Shown piece by piece: positions 59,494 to 64,000 of a stretch of DNA of 64,000 nucleotides (position 1 is its first letter; each line of letters opens with the position of its first letter). Origin of the DNA: Hydrolagus affinis (Eukaryota). The position numbers were made by a program, and so were the translations under genes. The stretch covers positions 1 through 64,000 of the forward strand of contig JAAILG010001433.1 in NCBI GenBank assembly GCA_012026655.1, in the 5' to 3' direction. The notes under the pieces are model-generated. The model saw only the letters and a list, made by a program, of their open reading frames with translations, was not told the DNA's origin and searched no databases.

Positions 59494-62400
59494 GATGGAA
59501 GGGGAGGGGAGCAATTTAAAATAAAATAAGAAAACAAATAAAGTTTCTTTATAAGAATCAAGAGAAAGTGTTTTGTTTTGAGGGGTGTCCTGATCCAGGC
59601 ATAAAACCTGGGTTTGAACTACACCTGGACTGTGTGCACGAATTTTCCTGTTGGACAGGCGCTGTTGGATGGGAGCTACAGTATCTCGACAGCTTGTTAA
59701 TTAAAGCCCCCTGGAGAAGAGCCTCTGGAACCACAGTCCATATCAACCACGGCGCTAAATACCCAGCTCCTGACAGCAACCCAAGAGTAAAGTGAAATCA
59801 AACTAAAATTAAAAAATAATAATTCTTATCGATTGATCTGCTCTCCCTCCCCACCCCCAGTGCCCCAATCAGCCTCCCTATCACTTTGTGATACACTTCA
59901 ACACATGGGAAAATACTAACAAACTATCTTGTTCCATGTTATCCCTGTCTCCGGCGTGTTCAAGATTATGAACGTTTCAATCTGTATTTTCTTGCTACGG
60001 ATCCCCCAAATTCATAAATTCTCAATATTTTATAATTCAACAATAAAAAGAGTCCTCACACATTGACCTGTTTTGCACCAGGGGCCTTGGCTGTGGCTCC
60101 ACCGACCTGTTGAATTACCTTTGCTTATATTTATTTAAAGCCTGTGTTGAATGTACAGATTGAGTGCACTATTTTAAATGGTATAAGTAGCTGCGAAATG
60201 TAGCTTGAATTTCGAGCATTTTGCAATAAAGTACAGGAAGGATTCACCCTCGCCCTCCCCGCCCACACACCAGGATTTCTCATTTGTCAAATCACTAATT
60301 GTTCGAAAACATCTTAATGTATAACATTAAACCTCAAGTTCACTGCTTCAATGACTTGTGAATTTATTTATTTTAACTTTGTTATAACAAAGGCATCGCT
60401 CCTGTTTATTTCCACAGTGATCGGTCTTCAAATACCAAGCCTCCCTTTCTTCCATTAGTCTCAGATCTTGCTTTACAAGTTCTGGGTAGAGACAGCCTTG
60501 TCATGTGTCCACTGAACCTGGTTAAACCCTTTTCACCTGGGCACTTTTTCTCTTGCAACCCTTCAAAGTCATCCCTAAATGGCTCTTGCTCTGTGTAGAT
60601 CATTTGTCAACGTCAAGGATGGACTTGCTTCTATTTAGTGAAAGTAAACTAACTGCTACGTGGTGATGCTCTATACAGGGAAAAGCTTCCTTGATGTTTT
60701 CCTTGGAAATCAATACAATATTTCAAACCCTTTACCAAGTATATGAACAGCTTTCAAAACTATTGAATTTATGAAAAGTAATACTTCATTTATCGATTGC
60801 GTTTCTGAAATTGGAGTAACTGAAAGCTGTCGTCTCCACATATAAGCAATCTGCAGAACATTAGAATAACCTCCAAAGAAATCATTCAACATGAAATGAA
60901 TCCACTGTTAAAAATGTTTTACAACCTTTCTAATGTCAATATTGGGCGCTCACTTATACCTTAGAGCAAAAAAAGGGAGTTATATGATAATATAATGATG
61001 CCGGCAATGCATTGTATTATCGAATACATTGTAAAATAAGATTATTATTTTTTTTAAAAACACACATTATTTGGCGTGAATAACACAGGGGAACAAACTG
61101 AATTCTAATAATCCTTAACCTCATCCTTTAGATGCCTCCGTTTGATTTCATAAAGAAAATTATGGTGTAAATTAAGAAGATTTCTCATTAATACATTGCA
61201 ATTTTTTTTGCATCCATGACTATTGAGAATAACGTTTATTTTAAACGTTGTAATTTTTTTTGCAAATTTGTTATCCTTTGTTTAACTTCAGCCGCTACTA
61301 TTAAATAGAAATACGCTTAGTTTTGAATGTACATTTGAGACTGGGAAGTCGCCCTATGCAATACTTTTCGTTCATATCCAAAAGGAAAATATATATTTGA
61401 AAATATAAGAAATGTTTTTATTTGATATTCGAAGTATTTCTTCGATAATTAAATCAAATTAAAACTTTCCGAGGACTTCCAAGCCACACGTTCACATTCA
61501 ATCCCCCTTAAAATCTGCTGAAGTTAGTTTAGACACAGGATCGATAAGGTTTTAACGGATCAAAACCCTTCACCTGAGAAAGACATGATATCGAATTCAT
61601 GGACTTGGTAATATGAATCAGCCGGGATAAGTTCAACTAGCGTCTGGCAGACAGTAGAGAAATACATGTAACACATCTTTAAAAACTTTTAAAAACTAAT
61701 TTTGTTGAAATGAAGCTGAACGTTTGATCCATTTCTTCAAAAATAAACAAATAAGATCCTGCTTCTAAGCGTCGCTTGTTCGACAAGTAATAGAAGCGAA
61801 GAGGGAAACGGATAATGTCTCACATTTAAAATCCATATCGAATTAATAAGTCTAAACGCCTGGATTCATGTGAATTAGGACAAGTAAAAATACCTTTATC
61901 TTCTTTGAGGGGGATTTTATAACTGAACTCAATTTAACCCTTTTTGGGTGTTTTAACGGAAGAGTCGACTAACCCATAAATCGAATGAATGTTGCATTTG
62001 TTTTTTTGCTTTGAGTGGAGCTGGTGCTTTGAGAAGCTGGAAGCAAATGCAATGCAGGTGTGTGTGTGTGTGTGTGCCATGGCTGCTCTCTGCTCTCTCC
62101 TTGGCTGCTGATGTTGGCTTTGAAGGCACTTTGCACTTCTCGTGCAGTCTAGCCTGAGCCTTGGTATTGTTTTCAGCGCCTTTCTAGTTACAATGCAAAC
62201 CGCAGCGATCTCCTAACTAATGCAAACCAGATGGAACATTCACAGTGAAATAAATATAGGATAACTTTATTTTAGAATAAGCAAAAAACAACTAACTCCA
62301 AGGCGTGTGTCGGATACTTTCTGCATCACTCATTCTCTCTCTCTCTCTCTCTCTGCAATCGATGGAAAGGGGATGAAGGGAAATAAAACCACAAAAAAAG

Positions 62401-64000
62401 GGGAAAATACGTTTTGTCCCTCAACCATTATGTGTCTCAAATTGATTAAATTGTTTCTTTTTTTGCTCAAAAATACGATTTTTTTTGCTTTCAAATATTC
62501 AACGGCACAATTAAGACAGGCTGATTCGAAAACAGTTACAAAATTATGCTGATCATGAATTGACTGGCACTCTTTTTTAAAAGAAATAAATTAAACGGTG
62601 TAAAATGTGTAACGCTTAATTTTAGATCTACGAATTTAAGACATCTATTAGACATACTCGATCAATGCTTAAATTTACCATTGCAAATAAACAATTGATC
62701 TATTACTGCGATTTATTAGCAATATCTGAATGATTTTACGTTTGCCCATGTGTTACAGAAAATTAAACTATTCCTTTCTGATCGGTGTGATAATAATCGT
62801 TCGGTTTTTAGTCGCGATTACAGTGGGAATGAATTTTGTTTTCTGCTCCTACAATATAATTTACATTCATTTCCAGCAATTGTTTGTTTTCCTGTTCAGT
62901 TTGAGGTTCAAGGGAATGCTCGGTGCTACAAGACTAATTCTACGATCTTTATTCAAAGCTTCATTTGATATTACAAATCGAATTTTTCTGTCAAATCGAT
63001 AAACACAATTAGTTCTCTCAACCCCCTGGCGAATCACTTTTTGACCAAATCTGATGCATTTCTGGACGGGAAGCTACTTCCATGTTTATTAATTGCAAAG
63101 CAAATAAACTGTTTAGCGCTGGGCTGGGCAATGTTAGCTGTTTTTTTTAACGCAAGTAAAAAAAAGTTCTCAGTGCAATGAAGTATATTGTGAAACACTC
63201 ACAGCATGGCATTATTCTACTGTTGTGATACTGCCGAATAATTATTTATATTTGCGTTTACGGTTGTTAAAAAAAAAGCATACTCAGAAACTCAAATGAT
63301 TACATATCATAAAAATAGGGGATTAATTGATTTGAATGATACATTAAACATAATATAATCGATTATTTTAGGTTATGTTGTGAGTCAGGTATTCCCTAAA
63401 TCCTTTAAATGCCTAAAGCCCCATGTGTTGCTTCCAGAAAGTGTGAAATTTAATATTGTGGAACACTCACTAAGTTAGAAGCTAATACATTGTGATTTGC
63501 AACAACTTGGTGTTTGTTCGCAAATGCAAACTCTGTGTAACGAAGTGGGCAGTTGTAATTGTCTCTTTTTTTTTTGGAAAAAAATTAATCGATCACATCT
63601 GGACAGCTATGAATGTGCGCGAATTGTGTTTAAAATAAACCTTAAAGCAAAACAGTTTGTAACAATGTTTCCAGCAACTCCTGCGGCTGGCGTCAAGTCA
63701 ATCGAAACACAGCGCCATCTAGCTCACACATCTGGGAACTACAACACAGCGCGGCAGGCAGGTTTCAAACCGAGGTGAGCAAAAGAACAGTCCCTGAGGA
63801 TCACAGCACCGCACACTCAGACACGCCGCTAATAACGCGGAACACACGGCGTGCGAATACTCCAAACGCATTTGGACAGGAACAGAAATCTAGTGCGATA
63901 AAATTACTAAAACAAATAGTTTCCATTGAAAAGTCGAACATCACCAATTGAGCACTGCACAACACCAACATTATACATTTGTGTATAGATGGTTCTGTTC

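Larger units (their letters stand above)
53900..64000. other. TE-free, CpG-retaining domain (putative hypomethylated regulatory valley)
   Basis: CG dinucleotides are frequent in AT-rich sequence, unlike the first 45 kb. No recognisable SINE or LINE. GC-rich core at about 55900-56900. Judged by eye. Confidence 0.7.

Noticed and set aside
63732-63745. ZNF143/THAP11 (ACTACA..TCCCA) promoter motif
   Set aside because: gggaactacaa is present but the required TCCC half does not follow.

Overview
Vertebrate non-coding DNA, AT-rich, with two 100-N assembly gaps (14480-14579, 56477-56576). I can support no host protein-coding gene. The only protein-like ORFs are decayed reverse-transcriptase pieces of L2 and CR1 LINEs. 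The repeat mix (L2 with (TTG)n tails, CR1, tRNA-headed Deu-type SINEs with (ATT)n tails, a Penelope end, Tigger-like MITEs) suggests a cartilaginous fish, possibly a chimaera; this is an inference from recalled repeat families. The window has two regimes. From 1 to about 45.1 kb it holds dozens of retroposon fragments, often nested. From about 45.2 kb to the end it is almost TE-free (one SINE), and from about 53.9 kb CpG is retained in AT-rich sequence. That pattern is typical of the regulatory flank of a developmental or neural gene, probably just outside the window. Best leads: (1) a perfect 41-bp-arm palindrome built from nested hairpins that can also form a gap-free four-way junction (57429-57513); (2) a near-consensus REST/RE1 site inside a pri-miRNA-shaped hairpin (58783-58858); (3) overlapping PBX-HOX/MEIS sites and a MEIS-dimer repeat; (4) a Penelope-borne minimal hammerhead ribozyme; (5) a mosaic tRNA/CORE-like/Deu/L2-tail SINE in long and short forms. 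I cannot demonstrate a new biological system from sequence alone. TE boundaries were read by eye and are approximate.
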